The position numbers were made by a program, and so were the translations under genes. From Batkoa obscura (Eukaryota): a DNA stretch of 64,000 bases. The notes under the pieces are model-generated. The model did not search any database, had not been told where the DNA came from, and saw only the letters and a list, made by a program, of their open reading frames with translations. Positions 40,666 through 53,736 of this stretch are shown piece after piece (position 1 is the first letter of the stretch; every line of letters begins with the position of its first letter). The stretch covers positions 1,054,001-1,118,000 of the forward strand of contig JASVEC010000012.1 in NCBI GenBank assembly GCA_030770535.1. Direction: 5' to 3'.

Positions 40666-41914
40666 ATGAGTGACAATAATGAAAACGTTTATCCAAACGA
40701 CCAAGAAAAAGAAGAATTACCACAGGACAACCAATTGTTGGCTCAGATCATAATGTCAGCAGCTAGCAAAATTCCGCTGAATTATAACTCAGAAACAGAG
40801 GGCAGTTCAAAAAACAGAGAAAACTTGGAAATTGGAAGTGAGATAAAGTTTAGGAATGAACAAGAGATAAGGGATTACGATGAAAATTACGACGAAGAGG
40901 AAGATAATGGGTATAACGAAAACTATAAGAAAGAGAGCGGATATGAAGGAGAGTATAATTCAGAGGTAGGAGAAGAAAATATAGGAGGAAATGTAGATAA
41001 TGAAGAAAGAAATAAAGAAGCATATGAAAGAGAAGACACTCAAGAATATGAAGAAAAGGAAGGAGCCGGTTACGTTGAAAAAAATGATAAAGAATATGAA
41101 AAAGATCCAGGAGATTTTATAAAAGAAAGTTCCGAACAATCTGAAGAAGTAGTAACAAAAGTAAAAAAAACCGAACGTATAACAAAGGCTGATAAAGGGT
41201 CTGAAAGGGAAGGTACAGAAGATATTGAAGAAGAAGACGAAGTTGAAAGGAAGAAGAGAAAGATGGAACTGGATGAAGTACAGGAAGGAATGATCGATGA
41301 AGAAGAAGACGATGACGAGGATTTGGGAGTATCTTATATTGACACAGAACAATCAAGTAAAGTAAGAAATTCAGGAAGAAGTAATGCGGAGTTAAGGTAA
41401 GTTTTTTCACTATTTTTTCAAAATGAAATCAAAGATTTGTTTAAAGGGCTTTGATTGAAGCTTTTGATCCAGAACAGTTGAAAAGATATGAAGTTTTTAG
41501 AAGAGCAGCGTTAAACAAAGGCACAGTTAAAAAGGTAAATAATTGTATTCTGGTGAGCCTATAAGGTTTTAACTTAAACTAGGTAGTTAGTAGCATGATC
41601 AACCAACCATTTGCTCAAAACCTTAGTATGGTGGTTGCTGGTTTTTCAAAAGTGTTTATAGGAGAAATCGTTGAATTAGGTAACTATTTTATAATAAACT
41701 TGTTTTAATAGTATTGATTGTTTTAGCGTTAGAGGTTCAAAAAGAATGGGAGCAAAATGAGATTGTGACCAATGCGTTGCAAGGTAAACCATTTAATATT
41801 CCAAGGAAGGCACCTTTGCTTCCAGAGCATTTAAGAGAAGCTTACCGTAGATATCTGTTAAACCATAGGATTAGTAATAGCTTTTATAAGAAACCAAAGA
41901 TATTAAAAAGATAA
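40666..41914 (+). CDS. TAF11: TFIID subunit Taf11 (long acidic N-terminus plus histone fold); 4 exons
   Basis: [59 protein letters not shown]. Confidence 0.93.
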
Positions 41915-43835
41915 AACATCTTCATCTTCAAGAAAAACTAAGTCAATAAAATAATCAGATGGCCCATTTACAATAGCTTATGTTGGGACAACTCAATTCA
42001 TTAATTGAATAATATCAACCCTCGATTTTTAAAAGCATAAAGTAGTAATAAACCAAACAGGATTATATATCTTTTTGAAAAATAATTTTTTGATTTTCTA
42101 TTGCTGCTGTACTGAAAGTAAACTTAAAAATAAAGCCTATATATATTTTCACTTCATTTATTTATTATCAGTTTATAAATTTTGTAATATAAAAAATCAG
42201 ATTTTTTAGTGTTTGGAGATGGAAGGGTGTCAAAAAGTTTATGAAAAAATGAAATAAAAGAACTTAGAAGCGAGATAAATGAGACTTTTTTTTCGAATAA
42301 ATTATATGGAGTATTATTTACACCTATCCTACATTTAAAACAAATTGATTTATTATTTTTTGAGATATGAAGAAAACAAAGTCAAATTTCAGATGCGCTC
42401 TAGGGTAAAGGTATAATGAAGTATTATTAAGTGGTAAGGATCTCAATTTGTATTATTTTTTAAAACGACTTCGTTCTATAGTCTATTGCGTGTATAAATT
42501 CATGAGTTTCAGTTAATTGTTTTGTTTTATTATTGAGATATAGCCCGAACTTAGACGTGGTACAATGAGGCAATAACTTTTATATTAGCTATAAAAAAAA
42601 CTTACTAAAAATATAATTTACTAATCAAGGCTACCATTCCATGAACTTTTGACCCATTCTCGCAAATCTATTAAAGTATTTTTTATATAAACTAATATAA
42701 TTGTTTGATTGAAATTTCAAACTAGCAGTTATAAGAAAATAAATTATTAATAAACACAATCAGTTAAATTTCTAGTTTCATTAACAAATATAAAGGTACA
42801 AATCATTATCAAATAAAATATTATTTTAATGTTTTAGTTTAATTTTTTACCTACTTTTTATATCTAAAGAAAGGGAAAACTCATGTTTAAAAGTTGACCT
42901 GAAGGTAGCAAGCTATTATCACCTAAATGAAACTTACTTTTATCATCCCAATGTGTATTCAAAACATTCCAAACCTTATATATACTATCTTTTTCGAATG
43001 TTTGAACTCGTGAAGATATTATTTTTAAAGCCTAAAGTTTATTAAATTTCAATTTAAAAAAATAGTTATTTCTATCCTAGTGGCACTTTTAATAATAATT
43101 CTTTTAACCTATGTTCTACAAGATCGATAAAATAATAAACTATTCAGTAACTTTATCAAATTTACAAAACCTATACAACTTTTTATAACTATGCATTCAT
43201 ATGAAAGGTTTTTAAAATGTAAGTTGAGGTTCAGGATTGTAAGTTTTATAAGCCAAGAGATCATTTCCAATTCCTCTGACCACTGGCTCTTTTTCAGATT
43301 GTGGAATTTATTCCACTGTTTAGGGCTAAAGCTATACAGTAAATTCAAAATTTTAAGAGATAGCTTTCATACACTTTATCTCCAATTGCAAATTTTGTGA
43401 TGAAACAACACCAAGAAAAAAAACGAATTTCAAATATTAAATAGCCTAAATAGAAAAACAGAAAGTGACATTTTTGCTTCACTTGCCATGTTTCTAGTTT
43501 ATTATTTTCAAATATTCCATTTTTATATTATTTGATTTTTGTATAAATAATAGACAATAAAATAACATGATATTTTAGTTTAAACAGTAAATAACACTAG
43601 GTCTACCAGTCAATTCGTTAAATTTATTAACAAATCGAATGACATTGCACTTATGAAATATTTATTAAACATCATTCAATAAATCTGGTTAGTTAGTAAA
43701 AATACAAGTTTTAACTAAGTACCAGATGATACAATCTATCCCTTGTTTATTTTAACAAAAAATCAAATAAGCTAAAGAATAATTAAGTCATAAACTCAAT
43801 TAAATAACAATTAAAATAGATAAAAGATAATATTA

Positions 43836-43872
43836 TGATATTGATATTGATATTGATATTGATATTAATATT
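43836..43872. repeat. (TGATAT)n microsatellite just 3' of the GPCR stop codon
   Basis: About five tandem TGATAT units plus degenerate ones. Confidence 0.8.
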
Positions 43873-43878
43873 AATTTA

Positions 43879-44838
43879 TTAGAGTAACATTTTACGATCC
43901 ACAGTATTAAAAATTTGATTTTTATCCATATCGATATAAATCTTATCACCTTCTTCTTCTTCTTTTATAGTTTTAGTGAAGTAACGTTCTTTCAATTCAT
44001 CAAAGATGGCTGGTAATGCTGGATCAAATAAAAAGAAAACAAAATTCAAAATACCTTGAACAGAAGCGCAAAAAAATTGAACAACATAATCAGCATAAGT
44101 TAAGTCACCGCTAGTTGGTGCTAAAATCATGACGACGAGATAAGGCAATATAGTTATTACGGGTACAGTTGGGTATAATAATAATCGAGTAACCATCCTT
44201 CTTAAATTAAATTGTTGGTAAGAACTGGATGGGTTAGAATTATGACTTGATTTATTTCTAGCTTTATTTAACTTTAGGATGACTACTATAAATATTACTA
44301 GACAATATAGGGTTGGCAACAAAATCCAATTCCCAAACGTAAAGAATAACACGACTTTATTAATTGGATATTTGAATTGATCATAATAAGGACATACACC
44401 TATATTTATAAAGCTTAATACTGCAATTGGAATGCAACATATAACTGAAAGTATGCAACATGTTACCACATAAAAGGTACATGATTTGACATATTTTGGT
44501 TTATCTAATAAAAAGATAATCATTAAATTATATGCCATACATGCCGTAATAAAGGTGGTTAAAAAATTTGAAAATAGGGAAACTAAGGTCACTACTTGGC
44601 ATGCTAGCATATCATCATCATAAACTGCTATATTTGGTGCATGACTCAATATATCTGCTAATGATAGAAAAAAATATAATTTGTAACTGAGACGTTTACT
44701 TGCTGAAAACTTTAATATGTAAGTAGATCCTATGATTACTGTTAACAAAAATGATAACACTAAGGATACTATGTTGATATATTTAAATATAGCTTGGGCA
44801 TCTATCACTCGAACATAATCCTCTGCGCTTAAAGCCAT
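43879..44838 (-). CDS. Seven-transmembrane G-protein-coupled receptor (cAMP-receptor-like / Git3-like class)
   Basis: Seven hydrophobic segments, LSLADIL in TM2, Cys before TM3, RLLLYPTVP in TM6, QGILNFVFFLFDP in TM7; intronless. Confidence 0.8.
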   Translation of the reverse strand: MALSAEDYVRVIDAQAIFKYINIVSLVLSFLLTVIIGSTYILKFSASKRLSYKLYFFLSLADILSHAPNIAVYDDDMLACQVVTLVSLFSNFLTTFITACMAYNLMIIFLLDKPKYVKSCTFYVVTCCILSVICCIPIAVLSFINIGVCPYYDQFKYPINKVVLFFTFGNWILLPTLYCLVIFIVVILKLNKARNKSSHNSNPSSSYQQFNLRRMVTRLLLYPTVPVITILPYLVVMILAPTSGDLTYADYVVQFFCASVQGILNFVFFLFDPALPAIFDELKERYFTKTIKEEEEGDKIYIDMDKNQIFNTVDRKMLL

Positions 44839-47089
44839 TTTTTCAATTACGTTAAAAAAATATTATGAATTTAATAACTATTTGCTTATATATAAATGTT
44901 TTTTATAAGTAAATAATATGGTGCATATCTTCTTAAATCGATTTAAATTCTTAAAAAAACGTATCAAATGATATGTTTTTCATTTTATTGCTTTTAATTT
45001 TAGATTTGATTATGCTGCTAAAATTCCAAGGATCCACCCATGATTATTTTTATCTTTCATTTTATAAAATCACGTTTTATTTACCACCTTATTTAATATT
45101 TATGGAAAATTTATTATTTTTGATAATTAATTTTTACTAATAAATTGTCCGTAATAAAATAAAATGTTAAATATAATTGAATAATAGCTTCGACTTATTA
45201 TTATTATCATAACTTGTAATACTTTTTACATTATTATTAATACCCCTAATACATTTCATAAGTACCTGCATGATTTTTGATATATAAACTCTATCATCAA
45301 TCTTGATTTATTCTTATTCTAATAAATTTTTAATTAATGTCACATTAACCAATGATCATTTTAAACTAGACCGTCAAGGATTAATAATAAACCATATCTA
45401 CCTCTTTAATAAACAAGAATCTATTTATTTTATAATTGAACCTAAAATGTGATTTCCAAAAGTAAATTTGAGTGACAAAACATATAATTGCTTTTTGAAA
45501 ATAAATTCTATTTGATACAACATTTTAATATAATAGTTTAATAAAATGATAATTTTAAATTGATCTTTAAAAAAGAGTAATTAAATATTTAAGTTTAGTA
45601 TTATAATACTAGGTTACTACGTACCCTTAATTAATGCCTTGATTTAATGTTTAAAAAAATATCAGATTCATGCTTTTATTAATAGATTATATAAAATCTT
45701 AAAAAGCTGGGTCACTATGACTATAAAGTTCAATACTTATTTATTATATTTATTATATTTATTATTGTAGTTTATTGAGGTGTAGCATTTAATGTTAATG
45801 AATTATACGGTGTCTTATTTGAATAGGAAAACAAGATACCTTTATTAATTTAATATTTATGTTGATAGAATAGGACAAAGATTACTTTTAAACTATTAAA
45901 GTAATTAATAGATTTTTTAAAATCCTTGAAAGGACATAGCCCCCAAGTAATTTATTATTTAAACATAATCATTATGGAATGAGTATAGAAGAAATCGATC
46001 GTTTGGTCATTAGCCCACTGCTTTTTTTGTTCTTCAAAAGACGACTAATCAAATATGAAAACCTTATAGACTTTCTTCCACTCAACAAACAGTGAAGAAC
46101 CCGGAAGACACACAAGGTTGAGATTGAATATTAATCAATAGGATTTTAAATAAGAAAGTTATTATTTTTAAACTTAAGCAATACTAATACTTACATATAA
46201 AAATGACAAATAAGAACATACTTAGTTATTATTATACATAAAGTCTAAGATGATAAAATATAAGCTCCTGCTTCCAAACAAAACTTTTTCAAAGACTATC
46301 TCTAGAAGTGAGCTTGAACTTTATAATTTTATAATTTGCAGCTTTGAATCCATTTTTAAAAATTGCAATTAGCTTGGCAATAATTAATTTTCCTTAAGAT
46401 ATTTTGAATAAAAATAAAATGACATTCAATATTAACAACTTTATGAAAGGTTGTTATTTTAGCTAAGAATTTATTTTGAAACTCTATTTTTTTAAAGTTT
46501 AAAATATCTCCAAGAAGCCTTTGAAGCTTGACGTTTTAAATCTCGATGTTTATTTTCACTGAAGTTGAATATGAATTCATATATATATAATGAACATATT
46601 GATAATCATATAAAGCAATATATACATAATATGCAACTTAAATTTTTATTAAAACTCATTTACCATATTAACTTCAAGTTAAAAAGACCGAACTTCAACT
46701 AGATTTTAGAAACTGATTGGTTTAATATGTAAATTGTGGAGAAATAAAAGGTTAAAAGTTACCAATTTTATATGTAGAACTGGTCTTTCGATTTTTACCT
46801 GTATTTACACTTTAAAGCTTAAATAAAATTGCTGAAGTGGATTTGATTTTACTCAATACAACTAATTAATATTTGTAATATATATTATATAATAAAATCA
46901 ATAATAAACTTGAAATATTATTTTAAAATGATAAAAAACTAGACTTCTAGTTAAAAAAATTTATTAATTAGTTTAATGGTTTGACATACATAGCTCAAGT
47001 AATAGTTGAAAAAGGAGCAGTAATAATAATTCGGTCTACTTATATAGATTCTATAAATGGACAGACATGATTGAAGTGAAAGCTGTTCT

Positions 47090-47275
47090 TTAAGAGGCAT
47101 TATAGCTTTCTGAACTCATATAAGGTTTATTACGATGAGACCTTATATAAAGCTTAAAAATGGTACCTTTTTTATTAATACAACGATTTTTAGGAGCACT
47201 TCTTCGACGAGTTACTCTAAAGATTTCATAATGTTGATATAGTTTTGTGGCTTTAAGCCATCCGAGGAAAGTCAT
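47090..47275 (-). CDS. Possible small basic protein (61 aa)
   Basis: True ATG in A-rich context, locally higher GC than the flanks, isolated in a 3.6-kb gap; no family identified with confidence. Confidence 0.4.
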   Translation of the reverse strand: MTFLGWLKATKLYQHYEIFRVTRRRSAPKNRCINKKGTIFKLYIRSHRNKPYMSSESYNAS

Positions 47276-48439
47276 CTTTGTTATAATTGTTAAGTAAAGT
47301 AAAGTAAAAAGAGAACTTATATATTCTGTAAATATTTATAACTTCCTTAAAATTTGCATTAAAAATGGCTTTGGTTTTAGAATCTTACCTTGTTTTATGG
47401 TACATTTCTAAAACAGCTGATTTTTATTTTAAGATGCTTTATTGGTTAGGTTTAAATTTTCCTTTTAATTTGAATATTAAATTATGAAATAGGAGTGTAT
47501 AGTTTCTATATAGCTTTATTTGTTTAATATTAATTTATATACTCTTATTTTAATAACATATATGAGAAGAATTAGAATTTATATTTAATAATAGTATAAA
47601 CTAATGTCTTTTTTGCTCCAGCGTTTTGTCCACTTTTAAGCAGTTTGAAATTTAATAAATTACTAATTAGTCTTAGATAAAAAACGCAACAATGTTTTAT
47701 TTTGTAATTGATAATTTCATTAATTGTTAAGTTTTAAACTTTAATTTTTTTAAAATAACTAAAATTATGCGTATAAATTGATATAAGAATGAAAATAATA
47801 TAATATATAAAATAAAAGTATTTAAGGAAGGTTCAAATTAACTCATACTACTTTGAAATTTTACATTGAAAACACTTTTTTATACGATGATAAATTTATA
47901 AATAAAAAGCTTTAGTTTAGAAAGGATTTAAATTTCCTACTAATGAAAGTCAATACTAAACTTTCAGGGACACACCTTTTCTTTAATTCTTCTGTATTAA
48001 TTGTTAGTTTTTGTGACTTGATATGTAAATGGACAAATTTTTATTTATTACTTTTACATATCAAATTGAACCCGAATTTTTAAAAAGTATTAAAATGTCT
48101 TGAAATTTAAAAAATAAGCTGTATATTTTTAACTATAAATTTCGACATAATGACAACTCGATATAATCTCAGGCATGTATTTATTAAAATAAAAATTCCG
48201 ATATAAAAACTTTAAAATTTAATCTGAGGTTTCTTGGCTCTCTAAAATTATCTAATTTTGAGATCATAATTATTATGATGCTCTGACATCATTTTTTAAT
48301 GGCAAAAGTAATTTTGGTAGTAAAAAAGTTTAAATTTAAAATGATTAAAAATTACGTAAAACAAAGCATTATAGAAGAAGTAATATATAAACTACAAAAA
48401 AATAAAAAAATAAAATAAAAAATCTGTAAATTATTATAA

Positions 48440-51169
48440 ATGCCATCAACTACTCATATAACCCCATCAGCTATTGTTGCTGTTGAACAAATAAAGACCA
48501 AGGATACTAAGGATGACTTCGAAGATAAGTCCATTCTTAGCAATGACTTTAATAAATCTAGTGGTGTACCAAGTAACAACTTAACAGCTTTGAAAATAAG
48601 TAATGTTTTTGATGATGATTTAAATAGCAAAAACAGTAAAAACAAATTAAATAATGAATCACCAATATTACATAAACACGATTATACTGAAAGTGACAAT
48701 ACCTCCGAATCTAATACTGATAACGATGATTCACTTAGACATGGAAATAAGCATAATTTAAATCAATATTATAATCACACGGAAAGAGAAAATAACCCCC
48801 TTTTAAATGATCGAATCTCATCTAAAGAGCACGAAGTTTTAGGAAAGCCAGTGTTTGAATCTAGAGATCAAGAAAATTTTCGTACAGAACCTGCTTTATT
48901 CAACAATAAGTATAACGATACATTACCATTAAGAGAAGAACATAAGCCTTTTATCCACGAAGAAAGAGAAAATAATCCGCTTTTAAACAACCAAACCCCA
49001 CATAAAGAACCAGAAATTTTGGAAAAGCCAGTGTTTGAGCATAAAGACCAAGGAACCCTTGGTACAGAACCCGCTTTATTTAACAATAACCATAATAATG
49101 TACTACCATTAAGAGAAGGATATTTACCTTTGGCACATAAAGAAGAAGAGAACAGCCCTATTCTAAATGATCGAATCTCATTTAAAGATCACGAAATTTT
49201 AGGAAAACCAACATTTGAATCTAGAGATCAAGAAAGCCTTGGTACAGGGCCTGCTTTATTCAATAACAAGTATAATGACATATTACCATTAGGGGAAGAA
49301 TACGAGCCTTTGGCTCATAAAGAAAGAGAAAGTTACCTTGATTTAAACAAAACCCCATCTAAAGAATCTGAACTTTTAGAAAAATCAGTATTTGAGCCTA
49401 GAGATCAAGAAAGCCTTGGTATTGAGCCTGTTTTTTTAAATAATAAGCTTGAGGATAAGTTATCATTAGGAGAAGAGTATGAACCTTTTGTTCATAGAGA
49501 CACACAAAAACCTTTAGCTGCTCCAATCAAATTGGATATTAGTCCAAATCCATCTATAAGCAATGATATAAATAATAGTGAGAGATTGTTTGCATCTGAA
49601 GCTGTCGCTACTCCATTTACTTCTGATGCTGATCCTAAACTAAATGATTCTTTCTTGAATGGTTCAAATATATCGAAACCAAGAGACTTGGATTCTAATG
49701 TTAGTGATGTCGCTACTAATTATAACAAATTTGAAGAACTCCCTGGTTCTTTCCCAGCCGATAAAGTAGAAGAAATTGATTTGTCATTATTTGAAAATGA
49801 ACATAACAATCCTAATAAATCAGATTTAGCTTATGAATCAGCACTTCATAGTATTAAAAATAATGACGAAGAAAAAAGGAAGGGAGTCCTAGTTGATGAA
49901 ACTCATAATCCACTTATGGATGATATTGAACCTCAATTTAATAAAGATCCTATTAAGGATGACTTTGGTTTTGGTGAACTATATGATGAAAATTCATTAG
50001 TTTCTACTGAAAAGGACCAAACAAAGTTTAATGAATTTGTAAATAAGGATGATCATTTATTACATGACAATAAACTTGGCTCTATTGGAGAAGCCACTCC
50101 TTCAGTAACTGGATATACCACTTTGACACATGATGATAATATTCATTCCAATATTGATGATAGAAATAAGAATCTCGATAAACTTGTAACTAAAGATGAC
50201 CAAACAAAGTTTAATGAGTTTGTAAATAAGGATGATCATTTATTACATGACAATAAACTTGGTTCTATTGGAGAAGCCACTCCTTCAGTGACTGGGTATA
50301 CCACTTTGACACATGATGATAACATTCATTCCAATATCGATGATGACCATACTAAGTTTAATGAGTTTGTAAATAAGGATGATCATTTATTACATGACAA
50401 TAAACTTGGTTCTATTGGAGAAGCCACTCCTTCAGTTACTGGATATACTACCGTAACACATGATGATAATATTCATTCAAATGTTAATAGCTTATTACCT
50501 TCAGATAAGCAACACAGAAAGTATAATACAAGTGTATTTGACCAAAGCGAAGCCCCTTATTCTCCTCCTTCTACTCCAATTAATAATGATATTTCAACTC
50601 ATGATGAATTTTATTCTAAATCAAATAACCATAACCACAGTATCACTGATAGTAAAGATAATACTTTAGAAGAAAAAGACAAACAGCCTGAAAGTAAAAC
50701 AATTACTGATATAAGTAAACCAAGTACAATTAAACATGACAAGGAAATGTCAAAGTTAGATGAGACTTCTACTTTAAAATCGGATGAAAATAAAATGGAA
50801 ACTGAATCCAAAGATAGAACTTTATCCGAAAGTTCGTATGATCCCAAGAAAATTGAAGGAAAATCAATTTTAAATAATTATACTAGTAGTGAAAGTAAAG
50901 CATCCAATGAATATGAAGATAAATTAGAAAATACCATTGTATCTAAGAAATCCAATGAACATTCATCAACACATCCGGCTTATTCTAGTGATGAAACTGA
51001 AGGTGCATCTAAATCTAAAGGATATGCTAAAGTAATTAAAGGTTCAATTAAAAAAACAATAGGCAAATTAATTAAAAGTGAGTCTTTAATTGAAAGTGGT
51101 ACTAGTAGCAAACTAGAAGGGAAAGCCGTTATTGAAGCTGCTAATGCTGAACAATCAGGAGAATTATAA
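48440..51169 (+). CDS. 909-aa hydrophilic repeat protein with a C-terminal CsbD/Hmp1-like motif
   Basis: Long intronless ORF; Cys- and Trp-free, rich in N/D/E/K/S; two internal repeat families; tail KVIKGSIKKTIGKLIKSESLIESG...EGKAVIEAA. Confidence 0.8.
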   Translation: MPSTTHITPSAIVAVEQIKTKDTKDDFEDKSILSNDFNKSSGVPSNNLTALKISNVFDDDLNSKNSKNKLNNESPILHKHDYTESDNTSESNTDNDDSLRHGNKHNLNQYYNHTERENNPLLNDRISSKEHEVLGKPVFESRDQENFRTEPALFNNKYNDTLPLREEHKPFIHEERENNPLLNNQTPHKEPEILEKPVFEHKDQGTLGTEPALFNNNHNNVLPLREGYLPLAHKEEENSPILNDRISFKDHEILGKPTFESRDQESLGTGPALFNNKYNDILPLGEEYEPLAHKERESYLDLNKTPSKESELLEKSVFEPRDQESLGIEPVFLNNKLEDKLSLGEEYEPFVHRDTQKPLAAPIKLDISPNPSISNDINNSERLFASEAVATPFTSDADPKLNDSFLNGSNISKPRDLDSNVSDVATNYNKFEELPGSFPADKVEEIDLSLFENEHNNPNKSDLAYESALHSIKNNDEEKRKGVLVDETHNPLMDDIEPQFNKDPIKDDFGFGELYDENSLVSTEKDQTKFNEFVNKDDHLLHDNKLGSIGEATPSVTGYTTLTHDDNIHSNIDDRNKNLDKLVTKDDQTKFNEFVNKDDHLLHDNKLGSIGEATPSVTGYTTLTHDDNIHSNIDDDHTKFNEFVNKDDHLLHDNKLGSIGEATPSVTGYTTVTHDDNIHSNVNSLLPSDKQHRKYNTSVFDQSEAPYSPPSTPINNDISTHDEFYSKSNNHNHSITDSKDNTLEEKDKQPESKTITDISKPSTIKHDKEMSKLDETSTLKSDENKMETESKDRTLSESSYDPKKIEGKSILNNYTSSESKASNEYEDKLENTIVSKKSNEHSSTHPAYSSDETEGASKSKGYAKVIKGSIKKTIGKLIKSESLIESGTSSKLEGKAVIEAANAEQSGEL
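48776..49498 (+). repeat. Four diverged ~180-bp (60-aa) coding tandem repeats
   Basis: Unit ERENNPLLN..S.KE.E.L.KPVFE.RDQE.LGTEPALFNNKYND.LPL.EEY.P seen four times. Confidence 0.9.
50015..50485 (+). repeat. Three near-identical ~145-bp coding repeats
   Basis: D.TKFNEFVNKDDHLLHDNKLGSIGEATPSVTGYTT.THDDNIHSN three times; differences are mostly synonymous. Confidence 0.92.
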
Positions 51170-51449
51170 TTTTATGTTTAATGTTGTATAAATAAAATAT
51201 TAATAATTAATACTGTTTTTGTTTAAATATTTTCAATTATTTTTAAATAATTTTGATTTTTAATCTAGTAAAATGAACATTAAAAAATTAACTCTAATAT
51301 TTTACTTTTAATTTGTTGATTTTAATCAAATTAATTACTTTAATTTAGGCCCTAATTAATTAATCATTGGTCAAACTAAAGTATAAAAACTACACTTCGA
51401 AATATCAAATCTCTTTTTTAACCTTTTTTCCAATTAGAAAAAAAAAGTT

Positions 51450-52100
51450 ATGGCGATTGAACAATACCAGCGGGAGTTTATTAAGCATGCGATCGATCTT
51501 GGAGTCTTGAAATTTGGTACCTTTGAATTAAAATCCGGTCGTATAAGTCCTTACTTTTTTAATGCCGGCTTATTTTATCAGGCTAGTTCCATAAGTAAAT
51601 TAAGCCAATGTTATGCTGCCAGTATTCAATCTTGGAATTTGGATTATGATATCGTATTTGGACCAGCTTATAAAGGAATACCATTAGCATGTTCCACCGT
51701 TGTAGCATTATATACTGAATATAATATTGACAAACCATTTTCTTATAATAGAAAAGAAAAGAAAGATCATGGTGAAGGGGGTAGTATTGTTGGTGCTCCA
51801 TTAAATGGCAAAATTTTAATTATTGATGATGTAATTACAGCTGGTACAGCTATTAGAGAAAGTTTAGATTTGATTAAAAATAGCTCAGCTGAAGCGGTGG
51901 GTGTTATTGTAGCTGTGGATAGAGAAGAAAAAGGTAAAGGGGAATTATCAGCTATTCAAGAATTGGCTAAAGAAAGAAATCTACCCGTTCGTGCTATTGT
52001 TACTATCTCCCAAATTATTGAATATCTTAAAGAAGTTGGGGGCTATGATGAAACTATTGTTAAGATGGAAGAATATCTTGAAAAATATAAATGCTGTTAG
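51450..52100 (+). CDS. URA5: Orotate phosphoribosyltransferase
   Basis: LKFGTFELKSGRISPYFFNAG, FGPAYKGIP, NRKEKKDHGEGG and the PRPP motif ILIIDDVITAGTA. Confidence 0.97.
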   Translation: MAIEQYQREFIKHAIDLGVLKFGTFELKSGRISPYFFNAGLFYQASSISKLSQCYAASIQSWNLDYDIVFGPAYKGIPLACSTVVALYTEYNIDKPFSYNRKEKKDHGEGGSIVGAPLNGKILIIDDVITAGTAIRESLDLIKNSSAEAVGVIVAVDREEKGKGELSAIQELAKERNLPVRAIVTISQIIEYLKEVGGYDETIVKMEEYLEKYKCC

Positions 52101-52200
52101 TAAGAAATTTTATTTTTAATATCATTTGTAATAAATAAATAAGAGATAAAATAAAAATAGTTTCAATTTAAATTTCAAAATTTATTGAGTTTTATTATTA

Positions 52201-53736
52201 TTATTGAACAATTAATTCAATCCCAATTTTAAAAATTGATACTAAATTAGTAAGTTGTATTTCTTCAGAAGCTCCAATACTTAAATTATATCTATAAAAA
52301 TTATTAATCTCTTTTAGAATTCTATTAATAAAATTCAAATATTACTCGATGTTAGCTAATTTTGACATTAAATAGCCAAGAAAATTAGTTGGTAATTTTA
52401 ACTCTAATACATTTAAATAAAGTTGATCAATAATATCTTGAAGTGCAAGACCTCTTTCTATTTTTAAGGAATTAATATCTATAATAATAATAACATTAAT
52501 TAATTAATTAGATAACTATAATCAGTTATAATAAAACTACTATTATAAGCTAAAGAAAACTCTGCATTCATTAACCAATCTCGAATTTTTTCAATTTCTT
52601 CTGGTAATGGTAAACCAGTACATAAATAAACTTCTTTTTCAGTAATAAGATCAAATGCTGAATGACAAGCCTAAACATTAAAAAATTTTAAATTATAATC
52701 AAATTAAAATTGATTACTTGAAGAATATTAAGAACACGACGCATATCACCGTTGGATATCTTTAAAAGGGCCGTTTTTCCATTATCAGTAATATTAACAC
52801 TAATTCAAATAGTAAGAGATAAATCACTATAAAATAATAATAATAAGTTTACTTTTCTTGTAAGGCAATAGTATTTAATCGTGCTTCTATTTGTTCTGAT
52901 TCTAATGGTGCAAATCGAAACTTTGTACAACGAGATTGTAAAGCAGGTATAATTTTACTTACATAATTACATATGATACAAAATCGTACATTATTAGTAT
53001 ATTTTTCAATAACTTTATAAACAAATTTAATAAATTAAATAATTAAAATTAAAATATTAAACTTACTTCTTCTTAAAGCTGCTTGAGCTGCATTAGTCAT
53101 TGCATCCGCTTCATCTAAGATAATTAATTTAAATTCATTGCTATTTTAAAATTGATTAATATTTTTTTACATAATAAAATAAAATAAAATAAACTTGGCA
53201 TACTTGAATAAATTTTTTGAACTTGCAAATTCTTTAATTCTTTCACGAACAACATCAATACCACGATCATCTGAAGCATTTAACTTTGATTTTAATTAAT
53301 ATCTTTATTTATTTTATAAAATAAAATAAGATAATTTATATACTTACTTCTAATACTACATTATTTAAATTCGATTTATAAATTTTTTTAGCAATGGCTA
53401 AAATGGTAGATGTCTTTCCTGTTCCTGGTGGTCCATAAAATAATAAATGAGGTAACTTATTAGCTTCAATAAAGTTGGAAACTATAATTGATTATTATTA
53501 TTATATATTGATATAAAAGTTAAAATATTTTCTCAAAATTGAAATTAATCTTTACTTGTATCAATAATATCCCCTTGAGAAACTAAATCTTCTAATTTGG
53601 ATGGTCGATATTTTTCTACCCTAAAAAGGTATAATTATTTGATTTATTATTATATATATTATTATTATTATTATATATATTATTATTATTATTATTATTA
53701 TTACCATGGTAAACTATCAATTAGTTTTACTTCCAT
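52201..53736 (-). CDS. RFC3: Replication factor C small subunit (yeast Rfc3 / human RFC5); intron-rich
   Basis: [81 protein letters not shown]. Not in the ORF track. Confidence 0.92.

Noticed and set aside
40960..41410. Two - strand hydrophobic ORFs
   Set aside because: Antisense shadows of the purine-rich acidic TAF11 exon.
42200..43500. Possible decayed transposase or gene (ORFs 43109-43348, 43191-43400)
   Set aside because: No recognisable DDE, RT or other motif; cannot be supported without a homology search.
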